Assembly (NCBI GenBank): GCA_039024555.1
Contig: JBCCQQ010000027.1
Span: 1-64,000, forward strand
From: Cyanobacteria bacterium P01_D01_bin.156
GTDB taxonomy: Bacteria > Cyanobacteriota > Cyanobacteriia > Phormidesmidales > Phormidesmidaceae
DNA: 64,000 bases
Direction: 5' to 3'
The position numbers were made by a program, and so were the translations under genes. Each line of letters begins with the position of its first letter. The stretch's first letter is position 1. The notes beneath the pieces were generated by a model. The model was not told where the DNA came from. It ran no database searches and saw nothing but the letters and a program-made list of their open reading frames with translations. This document shows, in pieces, positions 22,038 to 32,068 of the stretch.

Positions 22038-24482
22038 GTGTCCCTTTTTCAGAACATGCCGACTACGCTAATACCCACTGATTTTCTCAAGATGTTAGCT
22101 AATGACTATAAACTAACTGCTTTTGAGACAGAAGCATTTATTGCCCGCATGACTAACATGGGCAAATCAGACGTAATGGTTGCCGAGAATTTTCTCAAAA
22201 TTACTAGAGAGAGATACAGCACCAGAATGACAGGAGTCTACAGAAAATTTAATGTTAAGGGTGAGGGAGCAGGGAAATCCACAACTTTATTCTTTAAAGT
22301 CGTTGAAATATATCAGAAAAGTGACCCTTCTGGCTCCTATGAAGTCACGATCGAGGCAGTAGATAAAATAGTTTCTAAAATCCAAGAAAAAATGCGACCT
22401 CTGATATTAGAAAGATGCGACTCAATGCGGATTTTTGATATGAGCAGTCCAGTAAAAGTAGAAAATATATTTACTAAAGTTAGAGTAAGAAAAGAAATAA
22501 GCTCATATAGGAGTATAAGCATACCAAGACTTGTTGAAATATCATCTGACGATTCTAAATATGAGAATTACCAGTATTTATCTAGATATCAGGCATCAGG
22601 CCCAAAGATATCAGGAATTGATATTGTTAAAGCCAATTCAAAATTAATAATCCTAGGAAAACCTGGGGCTGGGAAAACAACTTTCCTTAAACATTTAGCT
22701 TTACTTGCATGCAATCAATCAAAGGAGCTTTCTGGATACATTCCTGCCTTCGTACCCTTGAAAGATTTCTGTGCTCAAAATGAACAAAAAAGCCTTAAAG
22801 ACTTTATACTTTCTGACTTTCAGTTTTATGGGGTTCCAGATAGTGAGCTAGAGGCAACCATCAAGAATGGTAGGTTTATATTCTTGCTTGACGGTTTAGA
22901 TGAAATACAAGAATCTAATGCTCAATATATTAGAGGTGAAATAAGAAATTTATCAAGGTTGTTCCATCGAAATAAATTCATAGTTACATGCCGATTAGCT
23001 GCCCAGGAATATAGTTTTGAGAACTTTATTGAGGTTGAAGTTTGTGATTTTAATGATGAACAAATCAAGGGATTTATAATCAGCTGGTTTAAGGAAAGGG
23101 AAAGACCAGAACGTGCCCATGAATGTATTCAACGAATTGAAAATGACTTAAGAATCAAAGAATTATCTACCAATCCCTTACTTTTAACTTTACTATGCAT
23201 TGTATTCGGCGACTCACCAGGGGATTTTCCAGATAGTCGCTCTGAACTATATGAGCAAGGAATAGATGTCTTATTGAGAAAATGGGATGCAACCCGAGAC
23301 ATCAACAGAGCTAAGATTTACAAGAATTTATCTAAACAAAAAAAAGAAGATTTACTTAGTCAAATAGCTTATAGCAGCTTTCAAAGAAACGAATACCTAC
23401 TAAAGCAAAAAACAGTAGAGCACGAAATTAGAAACTACATACTTAACCTGCCAAGCTCCACTCAGAGTCCTCAAACAGCTGATACAGATTGTCGAAAAAT
23501 CCTTAAGGCTGTTGAATACCAACATGGTCTTTTAATAGAGGTAGCTAAGGGGATATATTCGTTCTCTCATTTGACTTTTCACGAATACTTCACAGGGAAA
23601 AAAATAGTTAGAGCGACTGGTCAAGAGAGTCAAGCTATTGGAATAGATTCTCTGGTAGAACACATATTCGAATCTAGATATAGAGAAATCTTTCTTCTAG
23701 TTTCATGCATGCTGCAAGATGCGAGCTATCTTATGCAGAGCATGAAACAGAAAAATGATCTCATCGTTCAAGATAATGAGAAGTTCAAGAATTTTTTCCT
23801 CTGGCTAGATAGAAAATCTTCTTCTGTAATAGATTCAAAAGAGATTGAGAACATTGAAGACCCAGAGAAGCTTAAATCTCATGGCCAAATACTTTATTTC
23901 CGTCTAGCAATTGAAACGCGCGACCTCAAGAAATTAAAAAGAGTAAAACATCAAAAAAACTTAGACTTTGAAACTGACTCCCTTCTAAGTATATGTCTAC
24001 AACAAACTCGGTTTATCTTAGAGTCTACAAGTTTTTCTTCTGGGTTACTTTCGGAAAAAGAGTTATCCAATCTTAGAAAAACAATAAGCGCTGAGCATTC
24101 CTTTGTCATAAAAACTCTTCAGACTTGTAACAACTTAGTATTTGATGGCTTATTCAAGGCTAAGCTATCTGAACTATGTAGTGAGTTAAAGTCTGCTGAG
24201 AAAACTATAAACTGGTGGCTTTCTAATGGTAATACTTGGATTAGAGAACTCTCAAGCGTCATGCTAAATTTTAGAGACATCGGCCAGCAGTGGGGATTTG
24301 AACAGGATGAGCTCAAAATTCTTAGAAAATACTATGATGCCAGTCAATTGATGGAAGACTGTCTCAATCAAGAATGCTATGTCAATAGCGAAATTCGAAT
24401 AACCCTTACTAATAATATTTTATTGCCTCTATGGATTAATGACTTGAAAACTCGAAATAAAGATTTTAGTCCTGAGAACTAA
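22038..24482 (+). CDS. NACHT-family STAND NTPase (bacterial NLR-like) with an N-terminal HTH-like region and a C-terminal helical domain
   Basis: Walker A GKPGAGKTT, Walker B FLLDGLDE, sensor-1 IVTCR, NPLLLTLLC and winged-helix YSFSHLTFHEYF. Start is GTG 22038 or ATG 22056. Confidence 0.92.
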   Translation: MSLFQNMPTTLIPTDFLKMLANDYKLTAFETEAFIARMTNMGKSDVMVAENFLKITRERYSTRMTGVYRKFNVKGEGAGKSTTLFFKVVEIYQKSDPSGSYEVTIEAVDKIVSKIQEKMRPLILERCDSMRIFDMSSPVKVENIFTKVRVRKEISSYRSISIPRLVEISSDDSKYENYQYLSRYQASGPKISGIDIVKANSKLIILGKPGAGKTTFLKHLALLACNQSKELSGYIPAFVPLKDFCAQNEQKSLKDFILSDFQFYGVPDSELEATIKNGRFIFLLDGLDEIQESNAQYIRGEIRNLSRLFHRNKFIVTCRLAAQEYSFENFIEVEVCDFNDEQIKGFIISWFKERERPERAHECIQRIENDLRIKELSTNPLLLTLLCIVFGDSPGDFPDSRSELYEQGIDVLLRKWDATRDINRAKIYKNLSKQKKEDLLSQIAYSSFQRNEYLLKQKTVEHEIRNYILNLPSSTQSPQTADTDCRKILKAVEYQHGLLIEVAKGIYSFSHLTFHEYFTGKKIVRATGQESQAIGIDSLVEHIFESRYREIFLLVSCMLQDASYLMQSMKQKNDLIVQDNEKFKNFFLWLDRKSSSVIDSKEIENIEDPEKLKSHGQILYFRLAIETRDLKKLKRVKHQKNLDFETDSLLSICLQQTRFILESTSFSSGLLSEKELSNLRKTISAEHSFVIKTLQTCNNLVFDGLFKAKLSELCSELKSAEKTINWWLSNGNTWIRELSSVMLNFRDIGQQWGFEQDELKILRKYYDASQLMEDCLNQECYVNSEIRITLTNNILLPLWINDLKTRNKDFSPEN

Positions 24483-24626
24483 CGTAATGCTCTTGATTTT
24501 ATTTTTCAGAAATCACCGTGAATCATTAAAAACCAGGCTTTAACTAACTCAAAAAAATAATAGTCGAGCAAAATCATTTATTGTTCACCATAAGAAGTAT
24601 TCAACCAACATTATTATGAATATTTC

Positions 24627-25136
24627 TCATGCATCAACTTGTTTCAAATAGCCTAACTGAATAAAGACCCAACAAATCATGCCGTAGATTATCCCTGCTG
24701 GAATCAAGATTTTATACCCAGGGTCAATAGCAACCTGCATAGACGGTGGAGTAAGAATCAGCCCTGACACCATAGAAACCACAACAGATGTCAGGACAAA
24801 TGTGCAAGAGCTGATAACGCCTTGTCCTGCCAAGGATTGTTTAGCCCGTTTAGCCTTACGAAAAAGCCAAGGTGTTTTAGCAACCAGGGAACTGACCCAA
24901 GGCCACAGTCGCATGCCAACGATAAATGCGAGAGGAAACATTAGAAACCCAACCAAACCACTCAATTGGGAATATGGAGCGACCAATGCAGTCAGATGAG
25001 TGCCACCGAAACTACCGCCAAATAGCAGTATTGCTGAGCTAAAAAAATTGGCTGTTCGCTTTGGGATTGGGGTCGGTGGCATGTACAAAAAAAGTTGGCT
25101 GCTGATACTATCTACAGCCGCTCTCAAGCCACCCAT
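24627..25136 (-). CDS. Hypothetical membrane protein (about 4 TM)
   Basis: ORF with four hydrophobic segments. Confidence 0.65.
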   Translation of the reverse strand: MGGLRAAVDSISSQLFLYMPPTPIPKRTANFFSSAILLFGGSFGGTHLTALVAPYSQLSGLVGFLMFPLAFIVGMRLWPWVSSLVAKTPWLFRKAKRAKQSLAGQGVISSCTFVLTSVVVSMVSGLILTPPSMQVAIDPGYKILIPAGIIYGMICWVFIQLGYLKQVDA

Positions 25137-25228
25137 GAAAAGCCATCATGAACTTATCAATAAGGGTTTTCTGTAAGACATTCGCGGATACTTATGCGCT
25201 GGCTCAAGCATCCTTGCTACACGGTCTT

Positions 25229-26659
25229 CTAGAACAGTCTGGAACTAATGCTCTGGGGTACTGGCAAAATAATCATCACTAAAAGCACCATGGCAATGAG
25301 TCCCAGGGCATCTCGCAACGCATTGAGTTCACTCATATCATCCAATGCTGGATCATCCTGGCTTGGCATAAACAACAGCAGCAATGCCCAAAGCAAGTAT
25401 TCCGACTGAATGAATACCATAGCTGCCACGATAATTCTGGCAATATTACCAATGGCCGCACCTCCCCAGCGGCCATACATAGCATGGACGATATGGCCTC
25501 CATCCAACTGGCCAACTGGCATTAAGCTAAGCGCAGTCAGTACTAGCCCCAAACAACCTGCGATCGCAACAGAATGAAGATCCAGTGCCTGCTCAGGCTG
25601 CAGCCCATCCCCGAGAGCTAACTTACTGACAATCGCTAATAAAAAAGACCCCCGAGGATCTAGGGACTGAAAATTGAACAAGCTAGATTCCTCAGTAAGA
25701 GGCACCGCTTGGGAATGGGCCACTCCCCAAAAGACTATGGGCAAGCTGACAATAAAACCCGCTAATGGTCCTGCTATGCCTAGATCAAAGAGCGCACGAC
25801 GATGAGGCGCTGGCGCTTTAATACGGACAAAGGCACCGATGGTACCGAGAAAATAAGGCACCGGAATAAAAAAGGGTGGCGAGGCAGGGATCCTGTGGCG
25901 ACGGGCGACAGCATAATGCGCTATCTCTCGCACCGCCAAAATCATCATTACCGCCAGGCTGTACCCTAAACCTTTGGCCAGAATAATCGGCTGTGATCGC
26001 AATTCTGAAAAGGACAAATCATGGACCAATAGCATTCCTGCCAGGGTGGTCGTCCCCAAGGTCAATATAAATAGAAGAATTGAGATAAGCCAGCTACGCC
26101 GTCGAGTTGGCTGAGCGCGTTTGGAATTGGGCAATAGGGTAAATATAGGGTTACCATTACGCTCTTCCTGTAGAACCACCAAAAATCGATCGCCAAATTG
26201 CGATCGCACATTTTGCTGAACAGTGCTGTGAGCAACGGCAGGTTTTGCCTTTAGACGACCTCGGCAAATCGTTACCTGCTGACGTCGTTCAATTTTTTGC
26301 AAAAAATAGACAGACCAGGGAAAACAATCCCTTAATTGATTTTCTTCCTCTGCCTCTAAGAGTAAGGGCGGGGGTGCTGACGATGTTACCATCGGCGACT
26401 GTTGGACTTTAGGAGGTTGGCGGCCTAACAAAACCACCCAAGTATAGAGTAACGGACAAATAACGAATAACGCCAAGATAAACAGGTTCGGTGGCGTACT
26501 GCGACCATACCGAAGCACCCATAGAGTCAGCGAAATAATCGGCGCCATAATAATCAGCCACAGCAACCATACGGGTGCACGTGTCATGGTTGCCACACCA
26601 CGGCGAATGACCCAGTAGGTCAAAAATCCCAGTAAAATCGATAACAGTACAAACGTCAT
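25229..26659 (-). CDS. Site-2 protease (peptidase M50) homologue with a degenerate metal-binding motif
   Basis: GTIGAF, LFDLGIAGPLAG and P.GQLDGGH are present, but HExxH reads REIAH. Confidence 0.88.
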   Translation of the reverse strand: MTFVLLSILLGFLTYWVIRRGVATMTRAPVWLLWLIIMAPIISLTLWVLRYGRSTPPNLFILALFVICPLLYTWVVLLGRQPPKVQQSPMVTSSAPPPLLLEAEEENQLRDCFPWSVYFLQKIERRQQVTICRGRLKAKPAVAHSTVQQNVRSQFGDRFLVVLQEERNGNPIFTLLPNSKRAQPTRRRSWLISILLFILTLGTTTLAGMLLVHDLSFSELRSQPIILAKGLGYSLAVMMILAVREIAHYAVARRHRIPASPPFFIPVPYFLGTIGAFVRIKAPAPHRRALFDLGIAGPLAGFIVSLPIVFWGVAHSQAVPLTEESSLFNFQSLDPRGSFLLAIVSKLALGDGLQPEQALDLHSVAIAGCLGLVLTALSLMPVGQLDGGHIVHAMYGRWGGAAIGNIARIIVAAMVFIQSEYLLWALLLLFMPSQDDPALDDMSELNALRDALGLIAMVLLVMIILPVPQSISSRLF

Positions 26660-26837
26660 AAATGCACAACGCCATCTTTGCTAGGGTCCTGATCTTAAGT
26701 CATTGCTGATTTGTAAGATGAAACGAGCTATAAAACTGCCGTTTATCATCCTATTGCAGACAAAATCATACCGGGATTCAGCAACGCCAGATTTAATTAT
26801 CAGGCAGATTATCTAGCAGACGGCTCTCTGAGGAATA

Positions 26838-27590
26838 TTGGTGTCTAGTTCAACAACAACTCTGGGCAGTAGCTCTGCCCCTGATAATTCTCGCCCATCA
26901 GCAAAACTTCCCAAACCGGTTTTTGACACTGGCATAACTCCCTATGCATTTTCACCTAATCGTGAAACCTTAGGGGGTACCGCTTACTTGATACCGCACA
27001 GTGCCACTGCAAATGAAACTTCTTTGGCAAGAAGCAACATTTTGGTGGACTGCCCTAGCTGGACCGATGCCAATCTCGATTTTATTGCTCAGCAAGGGGG
27101 TATCGGATGTCTGGTGATTACCCATCGAGGTGGGGCTAGTAACGTACGCGATTGGCAAAACCAGTTCAACTGCCAAGTAGTGGTACAAGAACAAGAAGCT
27201 TATCTTCTACCCCAGATACAAACCCATACCTTTCATTACGAACTAGAGCTCACCCTCGACCACCGACTACTGTGGACACCCGGTCATTCCCCTGGGTCCA
27301 TATGCCTTTACAGTTCTACGAACGGTGGCACCCTCTTCACGGGTCGGCATATTTTACCTACTCGCCAAGGGAGTGCTGTGCCACTGCGCGTCGCTAAGAC
27401 ATTTCACTGGCCACGGCAACTCAAACATGTACAGCGGTTCCTAGACGAATTTAACCCTCAAACTCTGACCCATATTTGTCCAGGCGCTAGTATCGGCTTT
27501 CTGCGAGGAAAGCGTTACATCGACAATGCCTATGCTCAGATTGCCAGCCTCAACTTTTCAGAGTTAGCTGAGGCCCCAGCTCTGCTATAA
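26838..27590 (+). CDS. Metallo-beta-lactamase-fold protein with atypical metal ligands
   Basis: NILVDCP, LVITH, WTPGHSPGS, LFTG and ICPG motifs. Confidence 0.82.
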   Translation: MVSSSTTTLGSSSAPDNSRPSAKLPKPVFDTGITPYAFSPNRETLGGTAYLIPHSATANETSLARSNILVDCPSWTDANLDFIAQQGGIGCLVITHRGGASNVRDWQNQFNCQVVVQEQEAYLLPQIQTHTFHYELELTLDHRLLWTPGHSPGSICLYSSTNGGTLFTGRHILPTRQGSAVPLRVAKTFHWPRQLKHVQRFLDEFNPQTLTHICPGASIGFLRGKRYIDNAYAQIASLNFSELAEAPALL

Positions 27591-27625
27591 GCCTTTAGAC
27601 AGCAAAAGAAATCCCTTGTACCAAT

Positions 27626-28927
27626 TCACACCAACTGATTCAGACTGGAATTAGCCACGGTTGGCGATGCATCCAAAGGTTCTCGAATCTGCTCAAAAAC
27701 GGCATCCAAAGACAGGGTCTTTGGATGAATCAGCCAGGTAAGATGGCAGGGCTTAATCAGGGTCTGAACCAAGGCCGATAACTCACTGATCGCCACCAGA
27801 CCGGTAGGCATTTTTAATTTAATGCCTCGCTGGTAAAGGGTATAGCCCCGATTACGAATATGTCGAATTCCCACATAGGCAATCGGGGAAATACTTTGAA
27901 CCCGCTGCTGTGCTAAGGCCAAAATCTTTGCTTGATCCTGGGAGTTGTAGTGACTAATATCTGTGGCTTTTGGTAAGCGACGATTCACAAAGCGTTGACA
28001 CAAGTCCGACAAAATTACATCGCTGTGAGTCTGCCACCGCTGCAAATGGTAATGCAGAACATAATCGTCTTGAGCTAGATAAGTGCCCAGGGGCAGCTTG
28101 TCCGGAGATTGGCTCAGCCAAGCCGTCATTGTTTCATCTGCATCCAAAGCAGACTCACGCAGCAGCTCCCGTGCCCGAGCAATAGCTTTTTCTAAGATCC
28201 AGGTAGCAACTAAGTTTTTGGGATGGTTATAAATCTGAGCGTACATAAAATATCGCACGATCAGATAGTGCTCAATTGCCCCTAAGCCTTTTTGCATGAC
28301 CACCAGTTGTTGACTCTGGCGGTCATAATCCATAGCCAAAATGATTCGGTCTAAATCTAACTGGCCGTAGGATGCTCCCGTAAAATGGCTATCACGCATT
28401 AGGTAATCAATGCGATCGCAATCCAACTGGCTGGAGACTAGCTGCCACACACAAGGAACATCATGCTCATGGCGATAAATTTGTAAAATCTCGCTCAGCA
28501 GGGTTGGCGCAAAATCCTCCAGACGCTCACAGATTTCAGGGGACTCTTCTATAATGCGCTGAGTCCAATATTCGTGGTGCCCTCCAAAAACTTCCTCAGC
28601 TGTATGACTGAAAGGACCGTGCCCTACATCATGCAATAAAGCAGCACAAAGGACAGCGGCACGATGACACCCCAGTTCGGGATATATGCCCTTCAAACGA
28701 TCAAACGCCCGTCGAGCTATGGCCATTACCCCCAATGAATGGGTAAATCGTGAACTTTCAGCACCATGAAACGTTAAGCTAGCTGGCCCCAGCTGCCGAA
28801 TACGACGCAGCCGCTGAAATATTGACGTATCAATCAAGTCAATCAACAAAGATTCCACCGAGTCAGCACTATCTAGAGTGATAGCGCCATGGAGTGGATC
28901 ATGATACGTACGAGTTTTTAACGGCAT
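27626..28927 (-). CDS. HD-domain phosphohydrolase (SAMHD1/YdhJ-like family)
   Basis: DPLHG, FQRLRRIRQLG, SRFTHSLG, LLHDVGHGPFSH and LDCDRIDYLMRD. Confidence 0.92.
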   Translation of the reverse strand: MPLKTRTYHDPLHGAITLDSADSVESLLIDLIDTSIFQRLRRIRQLGPASLTFHGAESSRFTHSLGVMAIARRAFDRLKGIYPELGCHRAAVLCAALLHDVGHGPFSHTAEEVFGGHHEYWTQRIIEESPEICERLEDFAPTLLSEILQIYRHEHDVPCVWQLVSSQLDCDRIDYLMRDSHFTGASYGQLDLDRIILAMDYDRQSQQLVVMQKGLGAIEHYLIVRYFMYAQIYNHPKNLVATWILEKAIARARELLRESALDADETMTAWLSQSPDKLPLGTYLAQDDYVLHYHLQRWQTHSDVILSDLCQRFVNRRLPKATDISHYNSQDQAKILALAQQRVQSISPIAYVGIRHIRNRGYTLYQRGIKLKMPTGLVAISELSALVQTLIKPCHLTWLIHPKTLSLDAVFEQIREPLDASPTVANSSLNQLV

Positions 28928-28947
28928 GGTCTAAACCATGGATTACA

Positions 28948-30204
28948 TCACAACATCGGTATTAAAGTTTCAACTGCCGCTTGGTACTGACTGTCATCAG
29001 CTGTCGCGAACTGCTCACGAGTGAGGGCCTCTGCTTTGACAATACGATCAGGCGTAATCCCCAGCTTATTGATGTCATGGTGATCAGGCGTCTCATATTT
29101 AGCAACCGTCACTGCCAAACCAGACCCATGGGGCAGATCGAACAGCGATTGAATCAATCCTTTGCCAAAGGTGGTCTCCCCCACAAGCTGGGCACGACCG
29201 TTATCTTGAAGGGCACCTGCCAAAATTTCACTCGCACTAGCCGTGCCTCCATTCACCAAAAGCACCAAAGGTTTCTGAGTGAGCGCATGGGCACCTGCCT
29301 CAAAACTCTCTAAAATCCCTTGACGATTCACGGTGTAAACAATAGTGCCCTCATCCAACCACAGCCTAGCAATCTCAATGCCAGCCTGCAGTAATCCCCC
29401 CGGATTATTACGCAGATCCAAAATGTATCCACTGGCGCGTTGACGTTCTAATTTATCTAGAGCAACACGAATATCTTCAACGGCATTGCCATTAAATTGC
29501 CCCAAGCGAATGTACCCAATCTTTCGAGCCTCTTCTGTATGAAGTTCAGCAAATACAGGATTGAGATTAATACGCTCACGAGTAAGGTTTACTTCAAAAG
29601 GATCAGACTCTCCCCGCTCGATTTCTAAGGTCACAATCGTTCCCGCAGGTCCACGCATCCGTGCTGCTGCTTCATCTAAAGAAAACGACTGGGTAGACGT
29701 ACCATTGATAGCAAGGATCTTATCCTTGGGGGAAAGACCCGCCCGCTCAGCTGGCGACCCCACAATGGGAGCAATTACCCGTAAATGTTGATTTTCACCA
29801 TCCTTAGCAATCTGCAGTCCCACCCCTAATAGCTCACCGGATGTATTAGTCTGCAAACTCTGGTATTGCTCAGGTGGCAGAAAACGCGTGTACGGATCAT
29901 CCAGCCTCTGAAGCATGCCCTGAGATTCTTGATACGCATCATCCCAAGACCGCAGGGGACGTTTGAGCGCTTTCTCACGAACGAACCACCAATTTTGATG
30001 ATTAAACGTCTCATCTAAATAAGCCCGGTTAACGATGCGCCAAACTTCCATCACCAGCTTCTGCTGCTCTGTAAACGCTAAGGCAGGTGAATTTCCAAAC
30101 CCCAAACTTAAAAGAGCAGCAATACTTATCGCGCAGATACCTCGTATGAGAACTACTCGTAGCAGCTCAACTTTTCTCATTCTTTGCCACAGCTCAAACA
30201 ACAC
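28948..30204 (-). CDS. ctpA: Carboxyl-terminal processing protease (S41, D1 processing type)
   Basis: DPYTRFL, a PDZ domain, DLRNNPGG, TASASEI and TFGKGLIQ; divergent from petB as is usual in cyanobacteria. Start uncertain. Confidence 0.9.
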   Translation of the reverse strand: MLFELWQRMRKVELLRVVLIRGICAISIAALLSLGFGNSPALAFTEQQKLVMEVWRIVNRAYLDETFNHQNWWFVREKALKRPLRSWDDAYQESQGMLQRLDDPYTRFLPPEQYQSLQTNTSGELLGVGLQIAKDGENQHLRVIAPIVGSPAERAGLSPKDKILAINGTSTQSFSLDEAAARMRGPAGTIVTLEIERGESDPFEVNLTRERINLNPVFAELHTEEARKIGYIRLGQFNGNAVEDIRVALDKLERQRASGYILDLRNNPGGLLQAGIEIARLWLDEGTIVYTVNRQGILESFEAGAHALTQKPLVLLVNGGTASASEILAGALQDNGRAQLVGETTFGKGLIQSLFDLPHGSGLAVTVAKYETPDHHDINKLGITPDRIVKAEALTREQFATADDSQYQAAVETLIPML

Positions 30205-30578
30205 TGCTGCTCAACGACAAGACAATCCTGCATTAAGCTCCATGGGCACCGCAGCACCCTTCTTTGTAGTCAGCATAGCGGCTTACTCATAACTTTGTGA
30301 GCCTCTCATTGCGCAGACATCAGAATTCAAAACCGACCTAAGCGAGTCAATAACAATGAAGTTTTGTAAACAAAACTCAGCAAATGGATTGAGCTTTGAT
30401 GTCTCTAAACTGCCCGTGCGAATCTGTACAGGCTCTGAACAATATTGCTTAACCTTTATTGGACAGTCTTCTAGAGGTATTTATTTCTACACAGGAAATT
30501 ACAAAATGCTCAGCTTCCAAAGAGGGGTTGTGTTACATTTTTTAGTAACGGCATAGATCTCTTTTATATCCGCGCTTC

Positions 30579-31247
30579 ATGTTTACTAAGCAAGTTACAG
30601 ACTCTAAAGCCTATCAGTGGTTTAATGAGCGTCTTGAGATTCAGGCACTTGCCGATGATATCTCTAGCAAGTATGTGCCCCCTCACGTCAATATTTTTTA
30701 TTGTCTAGGCGGTATCACACTCGTATGTTTTATCATCCAGTTCGCTACTGGATTTGCAATGACTTTCTACTACAAGCCAACTGTAGTAGAGGCATTTAAC
30801 TCCGTTCAGTATCTGATGACTGATGTGAGTTTTGGTTGGTTGATTCGCTCCATTCATCGCTGGTCTGCAAGCATGATGGTACTGATGATGATTTTGCACG
30901 TTTTTCGGGTTTATCTCACTGGCGGTTTCAAAAATCCCCGTGAATTAACCTGGGTAACGGGTGTAATCATGGCAACCATCACCGTCTCCTTTGGTGTGAC
31001 TGGTTATTCTCTCCCTTGGGACCAAGTAGGCTACTGGGCTGTCAAAATCGTGTCCGGTGTACCTAGTGCTATTCCCGTTGTGGGTGGTCTGATGGTTGAG
31101 TTTATTCGCGGTGGCGAGAGTGTTGGCCAAGCTACGTTAACTCGCTTCTACAGCTTGCATACCTTTGTATTGCCTTGGTTAATGGCTGTATTTATGCTGA
31201 CTCACTTCCTAATGATTCGTAAGCAGGGCATTTCTGGTCCTTTGTAA
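30579..31247 (+). CDS. petB: Cytochrome b6
   Basis: [27 protein letters not shown] and C-terminal RKQGISGPL. Confidence 0.99.
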   Translation: MFTKQVTDSKAYQWFNERLEIQALADDISSKYVPPHVNIFYCLGGITLVCFIIQFATGFAMTFYYKPTVVEAFNSVQYLMTDVSFGWLIRSIHRWSASMMVLMMILHVFRVYLTGGFKNPRELTWVTGVIMATITVSFGVTGYSLPWDQVGYWAVKIVSGVPSAIPVVGGLMVEFIRGGESVGQATLTRFYSLHTFVLPWLMAVFMLTHFLMIRKQGISGPL

Positions 31248-31399
31248 GTTCAGGAATTAAAGCACGCACGGAACTGAGTTTTGTATTAGCCTGTTTGTTT
31301 TACTTGGTTAATAGTTCTGGCTCAATGCTGATTGAAAAGCTAGAGTGTTAGGACAGGTCATTTATTTTATTAGAGGTCAACTAGGAGACTACTTGAGCT

Positions 31400-31882
31400 A
31401 TGGCAACGATTAAGAAGCCTGATCTCAGCGATCCTCAACTTAGAGAGAAGCTGAAAAAAGGTATGGGCCACAACTATTATGGTGAGCCCGCATGGCCTAA
31501 CGACTTGTTGTATATCTTTCCTGTGGTGATTTTAGGCAGCATTGCTTGCTGTGTAGCACTCGCTGTTCTAGATCCTGCCCTTGTAGGTGAGCCCGCAAAT
31601 CCCTTTGCAACACCTTTGGAAATTCTTCCTGAATGGTACCTGTACCCTGCTTTCCAGATTCTTCGGATTGTTCCTAACAAGCTTCTGGGAATTGCATTGC
31701 AGACAGCTATTCCTCTTGGTCTGATGCTTGTACCGTTTATTGAAAATGTAAACAAGTTTCAGAACCCTTTCCGCCGTCCAGTGGCTACAGCTGTATTTCT
31801 GTTTGGTACCTTGACTACTCTGTGGTTGGGTGTTGGTGCAGCCCTTCCCATCGACAAATCGCTCACACTGGGTTTGTTCTAG
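31400..31882 (+). CDS. petD: Cytochrome b6f subunit IV
   Basis: [19 protein letters not shown] motif and a GGAG RBS. Confidence 0.99.
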   Translation: MATIKKPDLSDPQLREKLKKGMGHNYYGEPAWPNDLLYIFPVVILGSIACCVALAVLDPALVGEPANPFATPLEILPEWYLYPAFQILRIVPNKLLGIALQTAIPLGLMLVPFIENVNKFQNPFRRPVATAVFLFGTLTTLWLGVGAALPIDKSLTLGLF

Positions 31883-31914
31883 GAATTACGCAACGAGATT
31901 AGATTCGTTATTCG

Positions 31915-31962
31915 ACTTCTTGGAGATCCACACTATGTGTGTAAATCTTCAAGAAGTTTTTT
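31915..31962 (+). terminator. Probable petBD terminator
   Basis: Imperfect stem ACTTCTTGGAGAT...ATCTTCAAGAAGT followed by a T tract. Confidence 0.65.
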
Positions 31963-32068
31963 AATGTGCCAAGATACAGCTAAGACTTCTCTTATTACTA
32001 GGCATCTCCATCTGTTTTTAGGTTAGATTCGGGCAAACTATTGGTGCGAACGTGCCGGCTAGTCGGAC

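Noticed and set aside
27626..28927. HD protein as an anti-phage dNTPase linked to the NACHT cassette
   Set aside because: Native composition with HIP1, tightly downstream of ctpA and 3 kb from the cassette; looks housekeeping.
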